Shown here: piece by piece, positions 1-11,329 of the stretch | Layout: each line of letters opens with the position of its first letter | How positions within the stretch are numbered: the first letter of the stretch is position 1 | Source: Octopus sinensis | Taxonomy: Eukaryota | DNA: 22,372 nt | Assembly: GCF_006345805.1 (NCBI RefSeq) | Contig: NW_021824041.1 | Location: forward strand, 1-22,372 | Reading direction: 5' to 3' | Made by a program: the position numbers and the translations under genes | The notes under the pieces: generated by a model | The model's database searches: none | Told to the model about the DNA's origin: nothing | Seen by the model: only the letters and a program-made list of their open reading frames with translations

Positions 1-59
1 TCTAGGGTTAGGTTTTAGTTTAGGGTTAGTTTTTAGGGTTATGTTAAGGGGTTAGAGTT

Positions 60-3000
60 AGGTTTTAGGTTAGGGTTAGGTTTCAGGGTTAGATTTTAGG
101 GTTAGGGTTGGTTTTAGGGTTAGATTTCAGGGTTAGTGTCGGGTTTTAAGGTAGGTTTTAGGGTTAGGGTTCGGTTGTAGGGTTAGGTTTAGGGTTAGTG
201 TTAGGTTTTAGGGTTAGGGTTCGTTTTTAAGGTTAAGTTTAGTGATAGGTTTTAGGTTTAGGTTCTAGGGTTAGGTTTTAGGGTAATGTATAAGGGTTAG
301 GGCCAGGGTTTAGGGATAGGTTATAGGTTTAGATTTTAAGGTTAGGTTTTAGGGTTAGGTTTAGGGTTAGATTTTAGTGTTAGGGTTTAGGATTTAGGGT
401 TACGTTTCAGGGTTAGGTTTCAGGGCTAGGTTTTAGGGATAGGTTTTAGGGTTATGGTTAAGGGATAGAGGTTAGGTTTAATGTTTAGGGTTTGTTTTTA
501 GCGTTAGGTTTTAGATTTAGGTTTTAAGGTTAGAGTTATATTTTAGGGTTAGGTTCTAGGGTTAAGGTTCGGCTTTAGTGTTAAGTTTAGGGTTAGGTTT
601 TAGGGATAGGTTTTAGGTTTAGGGTTAGGTTTTAGTTTAGGTTTTAGGGTTAGGTTCTAGGGTTAGGTTTTAATGTTAGGGTTCGGTTTTAGGGTTAGGT
701 TTAGGGTTTAGTTTTAGGGTTAGGTTGTAGGGTAAGGGGTTAGGTTTTAGAGTTAGGTTCTAGGGTTAGGTCTTAGGGTAAGGGTTTAGGGTTATATTCA
801 AGTGTTAGGGTCAGGGGTTAGGGTTAGGTTTTAGGTGTAGATTTTAGGGTTGGTATTTAGGGTTAGGTTTAGCGTTAGGGTTTAGTATTTAGGGTTAGGT
901 TTTAGGGTTAGGGTTAGGATTCAGGGGTTAGAGGTTAGGTTTTAGGATTTAAGGTTTATGGTTTATGTTTAGCGTTAGGTTTTAGATTTAGGTTTTAAGG
1001 TTAGTGTTACGTTTTAGGGTTAGGTTTTAGGGTTAGGGTTCGGTTTTAGAGTTAGGTTTAGGGATTGGTTGGGTTAGGGTTCGGTTTTAGTGTTAAGTTT
1101 AGGGTTAATTTTAGGGTTAGGGTTCGGTTTTAGGGTCAGGTTTTAGGTTTAGATTTTAGGGTTAGGCTTAGGGTTAGGATTTAGTGTTAGGTTTTAGGGT
1201 TTGGTTTTAGGGTTAGGGTTTAGGTTTTAGGGTTAGGTTTTAGGGTTAGGTTTTAGGGTTATGTTTCAGGGTTAGGTTCTAGGGCTAGGTTTTAGATTTA
1301 GGTTTTATGGACAGGGTTCGGTTTTAGGGTTAGGTTCTAGGGTTAGGGTTAGGTTTTAGGGTTAGGTTCGAGGGTTAGGTTTTAGGGTAAGGGTTAGAGT
1401 TTGGTTTTAGGTTAGGGTTAGGTTTCAGGGTTTGATTTTAGGATTAGTGTTCGGTTTTAAAGTTAGGTTTAGGGTTAGGTTTCAGGGTTAGTGTTAGGTT
1501 TTAAGGTTATGGTCCGGTTTTAGGGTTAGGTTGAGGGGTTAGGGTTTGGTTTTAGGTTTAGATTTTAGGTTTAGGTTTTAGGGTTAGGTTTAGGTTTAGG
1601 TTTTAGTGTTAGGTTTTAGGGTTGTTTTAGGTTTAGGATTAAGGGTGAGGTTGTAGGGTTAAGTGTTAGGGCTAGGTTTTAGGGTTAGGTTGTAGGGTTA
1701 GGTTTTAGGGTTAGGGTTCAGGGGTTAGAGTTAGGGTTAGGGTTAGGGTTTAAGGTTTATGTTTAGCGTTAGGTTTTAGATTTAGGTTTTAAGGTTAGGG
1801 TTAGGTTTTAGCTTTAGGTTTTAGTGTTAGGTTCTAGGGTTAGGTTTAGGTTTTAGGGTTAGGTTCTAGTGTTAGGTTTTAGGTTATGGGGTTAGAGATA
1901 GGTTTTAGGTTAGATATAGGTTTTAGATTTAGGGTTAGGTTTTAGGGTTAGGTTTTAGGGCTAGTTTTAGGGTTAGGTTTTAGGGTTAGGGTTATGGGTC
2001 AGGGGTTATAGGTTAGGTTTAAGGGTTTACGTTTTAGGGTTTGTTTAGCGTTAGGTTTTAGATTTAGGTTTTAAGGTTAGGGTTAGGGGTTAGGGTTTGG
2101 TTTTAGGGTTAAGGTTAGGGGTTAGGTTCTAGGGTTTACGGTTTATGTTTAGCGTTAGGTTTTAGGGTTGTTTAAGGGTTAGGGTCAGGGGTTAGGGTTA
2201 GGTTTTATGTTTAGATTTTAGGGTTAGGTTTTAGGTTTCGGTTTAGGCTTAGGTTTTAGTGTCAGGTTTTAGGGTTTGGTTTTACGGTTAGGGTTTAGGG
2301 TTAGGTTCTAGGGTTAGGTTTTAGTTTAGGGTTGTTTTATGGTTAGATTACAGTGTTATTGTTAGGTTAAGGGGTTAGAGTTAGGTTTCAGGGTTAGATT
2401 TTAGGGTTAGGGTTGGTTTTAGTGTTAGAATTCGGGGTTAGTGTAAGGTTTTAATGTTGGTTTTAGGGTTAATGTTCGGTTTTAGGGTTAGGTTTAGGGT
2501 TAGATTTTAGGGTTAGGTTTTAGGGTTATGTTAGGTTTTAGGGTTAGGATTCGGTTTTAAGGTTAAGTTTAGTGATAGGTTTTAGGGTTAGCTTCTAGGG
2601 TTAGGTTTTAGGGTTAGGGTTTAGGGTAATGTATAAGGGTTAGGGCCAGGGGTTAGGTTATAGGTTTAGATTTTAGGGTTAGGTTTAGGGTTAGCTTTTA
2701 GTGTTATGTTTTAGGGTTTGGTTTTAGGGTTAGGGTTTAGGATTTAGGGTTACGTTTCAGGGTTAGGTTTCAGGGCTAGGTTTTAGGGATAGGTTTTTGG
2801 GTTAGGTTTTAGTGTTATGGTTAAGGGATAGAGGTTAGGTTTAATGGTTAGGGTTTATGTTTTTAGCGTTAGGTTTTAGATTTAGGTTTTAAAGTTAGAG
2901 TTAGATTTTAGGGTTAGGTTCTAGGGTTAAGGTTCGGTTTTAGTGTTAGGTTTCGGGTTAGGTTTTAGGTTTAGGGTTAGGTTTTAGTTTAGGTTTTAGG

Positions 3001-4260
3001 GTTAGGTTTTAGGGTAAGGGGTTAGGTTTTAGGGTTAGGTTCTAGGGTTAGGTCTTAGGATAAGGGTTTAGGGTTATATTCAAGGGTTAGGGTCAGGGAT
3101 TAGGTTTAGATTTTAGGTTTAGGTTTTAGGGTTGGTTTTTAGGGTTAGGTTTAGCGTTAGGTTTTAGTGTTAGGTTTTAGGGTTTGGTTTTAGGGTTAAG
3201 GTTTAGGATTTAGGGTTAGGTTTTAAGGTTCGGTGTTAGGGTTAGGGTTCAGGGGTTAGAGGTTAGGTTTTAGGGTTTAAGGTTTATGGTTTGTTTAGCG
3301 TTAGGTTTTAGATTTAGGTTTTAAGGTTAGGGTTAGGTTTTAGGGTTAGGTTTTAGGGTTAGGGTTAGGTTTTAGAGTTAGGTTTAGGGATAGGTTTTAG
3401 GATTAGGTTTTAAGGTTAGGTTCTAGGGTTAGGGTTCGGTTTTAGGGTTAGGTTTTAGGGTTAGGTTCTAGGGTTAGGGTTAGGTTTTAGGGTTAGGTTC
3501 TAGTTTTAGGTTTTATGGTAAGGGGTTGGTGATAGGTTTTAGGTTAAGGTTAGGTTTTAGGGTTACAGTTCGGTTTTAGGGTTAGGTTTAGGGTAAATTT
3601 TAAGGTTAGGGTTCGGTTTGAGGGTTAGGTTTTAGGTTTAGGGGTTAGGGTCAGGTTTTAGGTTTAGAGTTTAGGGTTAGGCTTAGGGTTAGGTTTTAGT
3701 GTTTGGTTTTAGGGTTAGGGTTTAGGTTTAAGGGTTAGGTTTTAGGGTTAGGTTTTTGGGCTAGGTTTTAGGGTTGTTTAAGTGTTAGGTTTTAGGGTTA
3801 GGTTCTAGGGCTAGGTTTTAGATTTAGGTTTTATGGTCAGGGTTAGGTTTTAGGGTTAGGTTCTAGGGTTAGGTTTTAGGGTAAGGGGTTAGAGTTTGGT
3901 TTTAGGTTAGGGTTGTTTCAGGGTTTGATTTTAGGGTTAGTGTTCGGATTTAGGCTTAGGTTTAGGGTTAGGTTTCAGGGTTAGTGTTAGGTGTTAGGTT
4001 TAGGGTTCGGTTTTAGGGTTAGATTTAGGGGTTAGGGTTTGGTTTTAGGTTTAGATTTTAGGTTTAGGTTTTAGGGTTAGGTTTTTGTGTTAGGTTTTAG
4101 GGTTTTGTTTTAGGTTTAGGATTAAGGTTGAGGTTGTAGGGTTACGTTTTAGGGCTAGGTTTAAGGTTTAGGGTTCAGGGGTTAGAGGTTAGGTTTGAGG
4201 GTTTAAGGTTTAGGGTTTATGTTTAGCGTTAGGATTTAGATTTAGGTTTTAAGGTTATTT
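60..4260 (+). repeat. Diverged ~2.3-2.5 kb tandem duplication (about 60-1800+ versus about 2380-4260)
   Basis: Paired rare landmarks in the same order: GTAATGTATAAGGGTTAGGGCCAGG at 283 and 2626; TTATATTCAAG at 792 and 3074; TTTTATGG(A/T)CAGGG near 1303 and 3829; GGATTAAG...GAGGTTGTAGG at 1636 and 4119. Offsets run from about 2280 to 2530. Confidence 0.8.
3245..3326 (+). repeat. Type example of an ~80 bp recurrent cassette (GGGTTCAGGGGTTAGAGGTTAGG...TTTAAGG...TTT(AT)GTTTAGCGTTAGGTTTTAGATTTAGGTTTTAAGG)
   Basis: The TTTAGCGTT core with similar flanks has its GCG at 501, 972, 1766, 2048, 2866, 3298, 4226, 5347, 5714, 6596, 7124, 8149, 8631 and 9817. A GGG variant lies near 6180 and a truncated copy near 7631-7665. 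Confidence 0.85.
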
Positions 4261-5699
4261 TAGGTTTTAGGGTTACGTTTAGGTTTAGGTTTGAGGGTTA
4301 GCTTTTACGGTTAGGTTCTAGGGTTAGGGTTAGGTTTTAGGGTTAGGTTCTAGGATTAGGTTTTAGTGTAAATGGTTAGAGTTAGGTTTTAGGTTAGGGT
4401 TAGGTTTTAGGGTTAGGTTTCGGTTTTAGGGTTAGGTTTCGGTTTTAGGGTTAGGTTTAGGGTTAGGTTTTAGGGTTATTGTTAGGTTTTAGGGTTAGGT
4501 TTAGGGTTAGGTTTTAGGGTTATTGTTAGGTTTTAGAGTAGGTTTTATGGTTAGGGTTCGGTTTCAGGGTTGTGTTTAGGGGTTAGGGTTAGGTTTTAGG
4601 TTTAGATTTTCGGGGTAGGTTCCGGGGTTTGGGTTTAGGGTTAGGTTTCAGTTTTAGATTTTAGGTTTTGGTTTTAGGGTTAGGGTTTAGGATTTGGGGT
4701 TAGGTTTCAGGGTTAGGTTCTACGGTTAGGTTTTAGGTTAGGGCTAGGTTTTAGGTTAGGGCTAGGTTTTAGGTTAGGGCTAGGTTTTCGGGTTAGGTTT
4801 TAAGGTAAGGGGTTAGAGTTAGGTTTTAGGTTAGGGTTAGGTCTTAGGGTTAGATTTTAGGGTTAGGGTTGGTTTTAGGGTTAGGTTTAGGGTTAGGTTT
4901 TAGGGTTAGTGTCAGGTTTTAGGGTAGGTTTTAGGGTTAGGGTTCGGTTTTAGGGTTTGGTTTTAGGGTTAGGTTTCAGGGTTAGTGTTAGGTTTTAGGG
5001 TTAGGGTTCGGTTTTAGGGTTAAGTTTAGGGTTAGGTTTTAAGGTTAGGATTAGGTTTTAGGGTTATGTTCTAGTGTTAGGTTTTAGGGTTAGGGTTTTG
5101 GGTGATGTTTAAGGGTTAGGGTTAGGTTATAGGTTTAGATTTTAGGGTCAGGTTTTAGGGTTAGGTTTAGGGTTAGGTGTTAGTGTTAGGTTTTAGGGTT
5201 TCGTTTTAGGGTTAGGGTTTAGGATTTAGAGTTAGGTTTTAGGGTTACATTTTAGGGCTAGGTTTTAGGGCTAGGTTTTAGGACTAGGTTTTAGGGTTAG
5301 GGTTCAGGGGTTAGAGGTTAGGTTTCAGATTTAGGGTTTATGTTTAGCGTTAGGTTTTAGATTTTGGTTTTAAGGTTTGGGTTAGGTTTTAGGGTTAGGG
5401 TGCAGTTTTAGGGTTAGGTTAGGGGGTAGGATTTACTGTTAGGTTTTAGGGTTAGGTTCTTGGGTTAGGGTTCGGTTTTAGTGTTAGGGTTAGGTTATAG
5501 GGTTAGGTTTTAGGGTTAGGGTTCGGTTTTTGGGTAAAGTTAGGGTTTGGTTTTAGGGTAAGGGGTTAGGTTTTAGGGTTAGGTTCTAGGGTTAGGTTTT
5601 AAGGTTAGGGTTTAGGGTTTAGGATTTAGGGTTAGGTTTTAGTGGTAGGTTTTAGGGTTATGGTTCAGGGGTTAGAGGTTTGGTTTTATGGTTTAAGGT

Positions 5700-8200
5700 T
5701 TAGGGTTAATTTAGCGTTAGGTTTTAGATTTAGGTTTTAAGGTTAGGGTTACGTTTTAGGGTTAGGTATTAGGGTTAGGCGTCGGTTTTAGAGTTAGGTT
5801 TAGGGTTAGGTTTTAGGGTTAGGTTTTAGGTTGTAGGGTTAGGGTTAGGTTTTAGGGTAAAGGGTTAGAGTTAGGTTTTAGGTTAGGGTTAGGTTTTAGG
5901 GTTAGGTTTTAGGGTAGGGTTCGGTTTTAGGGTTAGGTTTAGTGTTAGGTTTTAGGGTAGGTTTTAGGGTTAGGGTTTGGTTTTAGGGTTAGGTTTAGGT
6001 TTAGGGGTTAGGGTTAGGTTTTAGTGTTAGGTTTGGTTTTAGGATTTAGGGTTAGGTTTCAGGGTTAGGTTTTAGGGCTAGGTTTTAGGGTTAGGTCTTA
6101 GGGTTACGTTTTAGGGTTAGGGTTAGGGTTCAGTGGTTAGAGGTTAGGTAAAGGGCTTAAGGTTTAGGGTTTATGTTTAGGGTTAGGTTTTAGGGTTAGG
6201 TTCCAGTGTTAGGGTTAGGTTTTAGAGTTAGGTTCTAGGGTTAGGTTTTAGCGTAAGGGGTTAGAGTTAGGTTTTAGGTTAGGGTTAGGTTTTAGATTTA
6301 GGGTTCGGTTTTAGGGTTAGGTTTCAGGGTTAGGTTTTAGGGTTAGGGTTCGGTTTTAGGGTTAAGTTTAGGCTTAGGTTTTAGGGTTAGGTTTTAAAGT
6401 TAGGGTTAGGTTTTAGGGTTAGGTTCTAGGGTTAGGTTTTAGGGTTAGGGTTTAGGGTTGTTCAAAAGTTAAGGTCAGGGTTTAGGGTTAGGGTTTAGGA
6501 TTTAGGGTTAGGTTTTAGTGTTAGGTTGTAGGGTTAGGGTTAGGGTTCAGGGGTTAAAGGTTAGGTTTTATGGTGTAAGGTTTAGGGTTTGTTTAGCGTT
6601 AGGTTTTAGATTTAGGTTTTAAGGTTAGGGTTACGTTTTAGGGTTAGGTTTTAGGGTTAGGGGTCGGTTTTAGAGTTAGGTTTAGGGTTAGGTTTTATGG
6701 TTAGGTTTAGGGTTAGGTTGTAAGGTTGGGGTTAGGTTTTAGGGTAAGGGGTTTGAGTTAGGTTTTAGGTTAGGGTTAGGTTTTAGGGTTAGGTTTTAGG
6801 GTAGGGTTAGGCTTAGTGTTAAGTTTTAGGGTAGGTTTTAGGGTTAGGGTTCGGTTTTAGGGTTAGGTTTCAGGGTTAGTGTTAGGTTTTAGGGTTAGGG
6901 TTCGGGTTAGGTTTTAAAGTTAGGGTTAGGTTATAGGTTTAGATTTTAGGATCAGGTTTTAGGGTTAGGGTTGGGGTCAGGTTTTAGTATTAGGTTTTCG
7001 GGTTTGGTTTTAGTGTTAGGGTTTAGGATTTAGGGTTTGGTTTTAGGGCTAGGTTTTAGGGTTAAGTTTTAGGGTTAGGTTCAGGGGTTAGAGGTTAGGT
7101 TTAAGGTTTAGGGTTTATGTTTAGCGTTAGGTTTTAGATTTAGGTTTTAAGGTTAGGGTTAGGTTTTAGGGTTAGGGTTCGGTTTTAGGGTTAGGTTTAG
7201 TGTTAGGTTTTAGGGTTAGGTTATAGGGTTAGGTTTCGGTTTTAGTGTTAGGTTGAGGGTTAGGTTTTAGGTTTAGGTTTTAGGTTAGGGTTAGGTTTTA
7301 GGGTTAGATTCTAGGGTTAGGTTTTAGGGTTAGGGTTCGGTTTTAGGGTTACGTTTAGGGTTTGGTTTTAGGGTTAGATTTTAGGGTAAAGGGTTAGGTT
7401 TTTGGGTTAGGTTCTAGGGTTAGGTTTTAGGATTAGGCTTTAGGGTTATGTTCAAAAGTTAAGGTCAGGGGTTAGGGTTAGGTTTTAGGTTTAGGTTTTA
7501 GGTTTTAGGTTTAGATTTGAGGGTTAGGTTTTAGGGTTAGGTTTAGGGTTAGGTTTTAGTGTTAGGTTTCAGGGTTTGGTTTTACGGTTAAGCTTTAGTA
7601 TTTAGGGTTAGGTTTTATGGTTAGGGTTAGGGTTCAGGGGTTAGAGGATAGGTTCTATGGTTTAAGGTTAGGGTTAGGGTTAGGGTTAGGGATCGGTTTT
7701 AGAGTTAGGTTTAGCATTATGTTTTAGGGTTAGGTTTTAGGGTTAGGTTTTAGGGTTAGGTTGTAGGGTTAGGGTTAGGTTTTAGGGTCAGGTTTTAGGG
7801 TTAGGGGTTAGAGTTAGGTTTTAGGTTAGGGTTAGGTTTTAGGGTTAGGTTTTAGGGTAGGGTTCGGTTTTAGGGTTAGGTTTAGTGTTAGGTTTCAGGG
7901 TTAGTGTTAGGTTTTAGGGTTAGGGTTCGGTTTTAGGGTTAGGTTTAGGTTTAGGGGTTAGGGTTAGGTTTTAGTGTTAGGTTTCAGGGTTTGGTTTTAG
8001 GGTTAGGGTTTAGGATTTAGGGTTAGGTTTCAGGGTTAGGTTTTAGGGCTAGGTTTTAGGGTTAGGTCTTAGCATTAGGTTTTAGGGTTAGGTTAGGTTT
8101 CAGGGGTTAGAGGTTAGGTTTAAGGGCTTACGGTTTAGGGTTTGTTTAGCGTTAGGTTTTAGAATTAGGCTTTAAGGTTAGGCTTAGGTTTTAGGGTTAG
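5700..8200 (+). repeat. Nested ~1 kb and ~2 kb duplications in the left domain
   Basis: TTCAAAAGTTAAGGTCAGGG has its CAAAAG at 6463 and 7453 (offset 990). GGTCTTAG followed by GGGCTTA(A/C)GG occurs at 6095 and 8066 (offset 1971). About 5820-6180 aligns by eye with about 7755-8150. Confidence 0.7.
7668..7691 (+). repeat. (TTAGGG)4 perfect canonical telomeric run
   Basis: Four consecutive TTAGGG read directly; equal-longest perfect run seen by eye. Confidence 0.9.
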
Positions 8201-11200
8201 GTTTAGGGTAAGGTTTTAGGGTTAGCTTTTAGTGTTAGGTTCCAGGGTTAGGGTTAGGTTCTACGGTTAGGTTTTAGGGTAAGGGGTTAGAGTTAGGTTT
8301 TAGGTTAGGGTTAGGTTTAGGGCTAAGTTTAAGGGTTATTGTTAGGTTTTAGGGAAGGTTTTAGGGTTACGGTTCATTTTAGGGTTACGTTTAGGGCTTA
8401 GGTTTAGGTTTTAGGTTTAGATTTTAGGGTTAGGTTTTAGGGTTAGGCTTAGGGTTAGGTTTTAGTGTTAGATTTTAGGTTTTGGTTTTAGGGTTTAGGA
8501 TTTACGGTTACGTTTTAGGGTTTGGTTTTAGGGCTAGGTTTTAGTGTTAGGTATTAGGGTTAGGTTTTAGGGTTAGGGTTCCGGGGTTTGAGGTTAGGTT
8601 TAAGGGTTTATGGTTTACGGTTTATGTTTAGCGTTTGGATTTAGATTTAGGTTTTAAGGTCAGAGTCAGGTTTTAAGGTTAGATTTTAATATTAGGGTTC
8701 GGTTTTATGGTTAGGTTTAGGGTTAGGTTTTAGGGTTAGGTTCTAGGGTTAGGGTTCGGTTTTAGTGTTAGGTTTAGTGTTAGGTTTTAGGGTTAGCTTT
8801 TAGGTTTAGGGTTCGGTTCTAGGGTTAGGTTTTAGGGTTAGGGTTCGGTTTTAGGGGTTGGTTTTAGGGATATGTTTTAGGGTAAGGGGTTAGGTTTTAG
8901 GGTAAGGTTCTACGGTTAGGTTTTAGGGTTGGGGTTTAGGGTTGTTCAAGGGTTAGCGTCATGGGTTAGGTTTAAGGTTTAAATTTTAGGGTTAGGTTTT
9001 AGGGTTAGGTTTAGGGTTAGGTTTTAGTATTAGGTTTTAGGGTTTTGTTTTAGGGTTAGGGTTTAGGATTTAGGGTTAGGTTTCAGGGTTAGGTTCTAGG
9101 GTTGTTTTAGGTTAGGGTTAGGTTTTAGGGTTAGGGGTCGGTTTTAGAGTTAGGTTTAGGGTTAGGTTTTAGGGTTAGGTTTTAGGGTAAGGGGTTAGAG
9201 TTAGCTTTTAGGTTAGGGTTAGGTTTTAGGGCTAGGGTTCGATGTTAGGGTTAGGTTTTAGGGTTAGGTTTTAGTGTTAGGGTTGGGTTAGGTTTAGGGT
9301 TAGGGTTAGGGTTAGGTTTTAGGGTTAGTGTTAGTTTTAGGGTTTGGTTTTAGGGTTAGGTTTTTGTTTAGTTTTAGGTTAGGTTTTAGGGTTGGTTTTA
9401 GGGTTAGGTTTTAGGGTTAGGTTTTACGGTTATGGTTAGGGTTACGGTTTGGTTCTAGAATTAGGTTTTAGGTTTAGGTTTTAGGGTTAGGTTTTAGGGT
9501 TAGGATTGGGGTTAGGTCAGTGATTAGGGTTTATGGGTTTGGGTTAGCGTTGTTTTAATGTTGTTTTAGGGTTAGGTTTTAGGGGTTGGGGTTAGGGGTC
9601 TGGGTTTAGGGTTTAGGGTTAGCGTTAGATTTTAGGGTTAGGTTAGGTTTTAGTGTTAGGTTTCAGTGTTAGGTTTTAGGGTTACGTTTTAGGGTTAGGG
9701 TTAGGTTTTAGTGTTAGGTTTTAGGGTTTTGTTTTAGTGATAGGGTTTAGGATTTAGCGTTAGGGTCAGAGTTTAGAGGTTAGGTTTTAGGGTTTAAGGT
9801 ATAGGGTTTATATTTAGCGTTAGGTTTTTGGGTTAGGTTTTACGGTTAGGGTTAGGTTTTAGGGTTAGGTTAGGGTTGGGGTTTGGTTTTAGGGTTAGCT
9901 TTTGGGTTCAGGGTTAGGTTTTAGGGTTAGGTTTTAGGCTTGTTTTAAGGTCAGTGTTAAGGTTAGGTTTTAGGATTAGGTTTTCGGGTTAGGGTTAGGT
10001 TTTAAGGTTAGGTTTTATGGTTAGGTTTTAGGGTTAGGTTTAGGATTTAGGGTTAAGTTTTAGGGTTAGGGTTAGTGTTAGGTTTTAGGGTTAGGTTCTA
10101 GGATTAGGTTTTAAGGTTGGTTTTAGGGTTAGGTTTTACGGTTAAGGTCAGTGTTACGGTAAGGTTTTAGAATTGGGTTTTAGTGTTAGGTTTTAAGTTT
10201 AGGGTTCGTTTTAGGGTTAGGGTTCGGTTTTAAGGTTAGGGTTCAGGATGTAGGGTTAGGTTTTAATGTTAGGTTTTAGGGCTAGGTTTTAGGGTTAGGT
10301 GTTAGGGTTTTGGGTTAGGTTTTATGGTTAGGTTTTAGGGCTTCGTTTTAGGGTGTTTTAGGGTTAGGGTTAGGCTTTAGGGCTTGGTTTTAGGGTTAGG
10401 TTTCAGAATTAGGTTTTAGGATTAGGTTTTGGGTTGGTTTTGGGGTTAGGTTTTAGGGCTAGGTTTTAGGGTTAGGGTGTACGGTTAGGGTCAGCTGAGG
10501 GTTACGGTTAGATTTTAGAATTCGGTTTTAGGGTTGGGTTTTAGGGTTAGGTAATGTTAAGAGTTAGGTTTTACGGTTGGGTTTGGTTTTAGGGTTTGGT
10601 TTTAGGGTTAGTGTTTAGGATTCAGGGTTAGGCTTTAGGGTCAGGTTTTAGGGCCTGGTTTCAGTGTTAGTGTTTAGGGTTAGGTTTTTGGGTGAGGGTT
10701 AGGGTTTAGGGTTAGAGGTTAGATTTTAGGGTCTAAAGTTTAGGGTACGTTTAGCATCAGGTTTTAGGGTAAGGTTTTAGGGTTAGATTTAGGGTAAGGG
10801 TTAGGTTTTAGGGTTAGGTTTAGGGTTAGGTTTTTGGATTAGGGTTCTATTTTAGGGTTAGGTTTAGGGTTAGGTTTTTAGAGTTAGGTTTTAGGGTAAG
10901 GGTTAGGTTCTAGGTTTAGGTTTCAGGGTTAGGTTTTAGTGTCAGGTTTTAGGTTTTAGGGTTGTTTTAGGGTTAGGGTGAGGGTGAGGTTATAGGGTTG
11001 GGGTTAGGTTTCAGGGTTAGGTTTTAGGGCTAGGTTTTAGGGTTAGTGTTAGGGTTGTTTTAGATTTAGGGTTAGGTTTTAGGGCTAGGTTTAGGGTTAG
11101 GGTTAGGTTTTAGGGTTAGGGTTACGTTTCAGGGGTAGGTTTTAGGTTTAGGTTTAGGGTTAGTTTTTTAGGGTTAGGTTTTAGGGTTATTTTAAGGTTA

Positions 11201-11240
11201 GGTTTTAGGGTTAGGTTTTAGGGTTAGGTTTAGGGTTAGG

Positions 11241-11318
11241 TTTTAGGGTTAGGTTTTAGGGTTAGGTTTTAGGGTTAGGTTTTAGGGTTAGGTTTTAGGG
11301 TTAGGTTTTAGGGTTAGG
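11241..11318 (+). repeat. Six perfect copies of TTTTAGGGTTAGG
   Basis: Counted directly as 6 x 13 bp without substitution. Confidence 0.9.
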
Positions 11319-11329
11319 GTTAGGTTTTA

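Noticed and set aside
440-9830. CRISPR-like repeat-spacer array suggested by the recurring cassette
   Set aside because: The intervening sequence is hundreds of bp of the same telomere-like words, not unique 30-40 bp spacers. The cassette is not palindromic and no cas genes are present.
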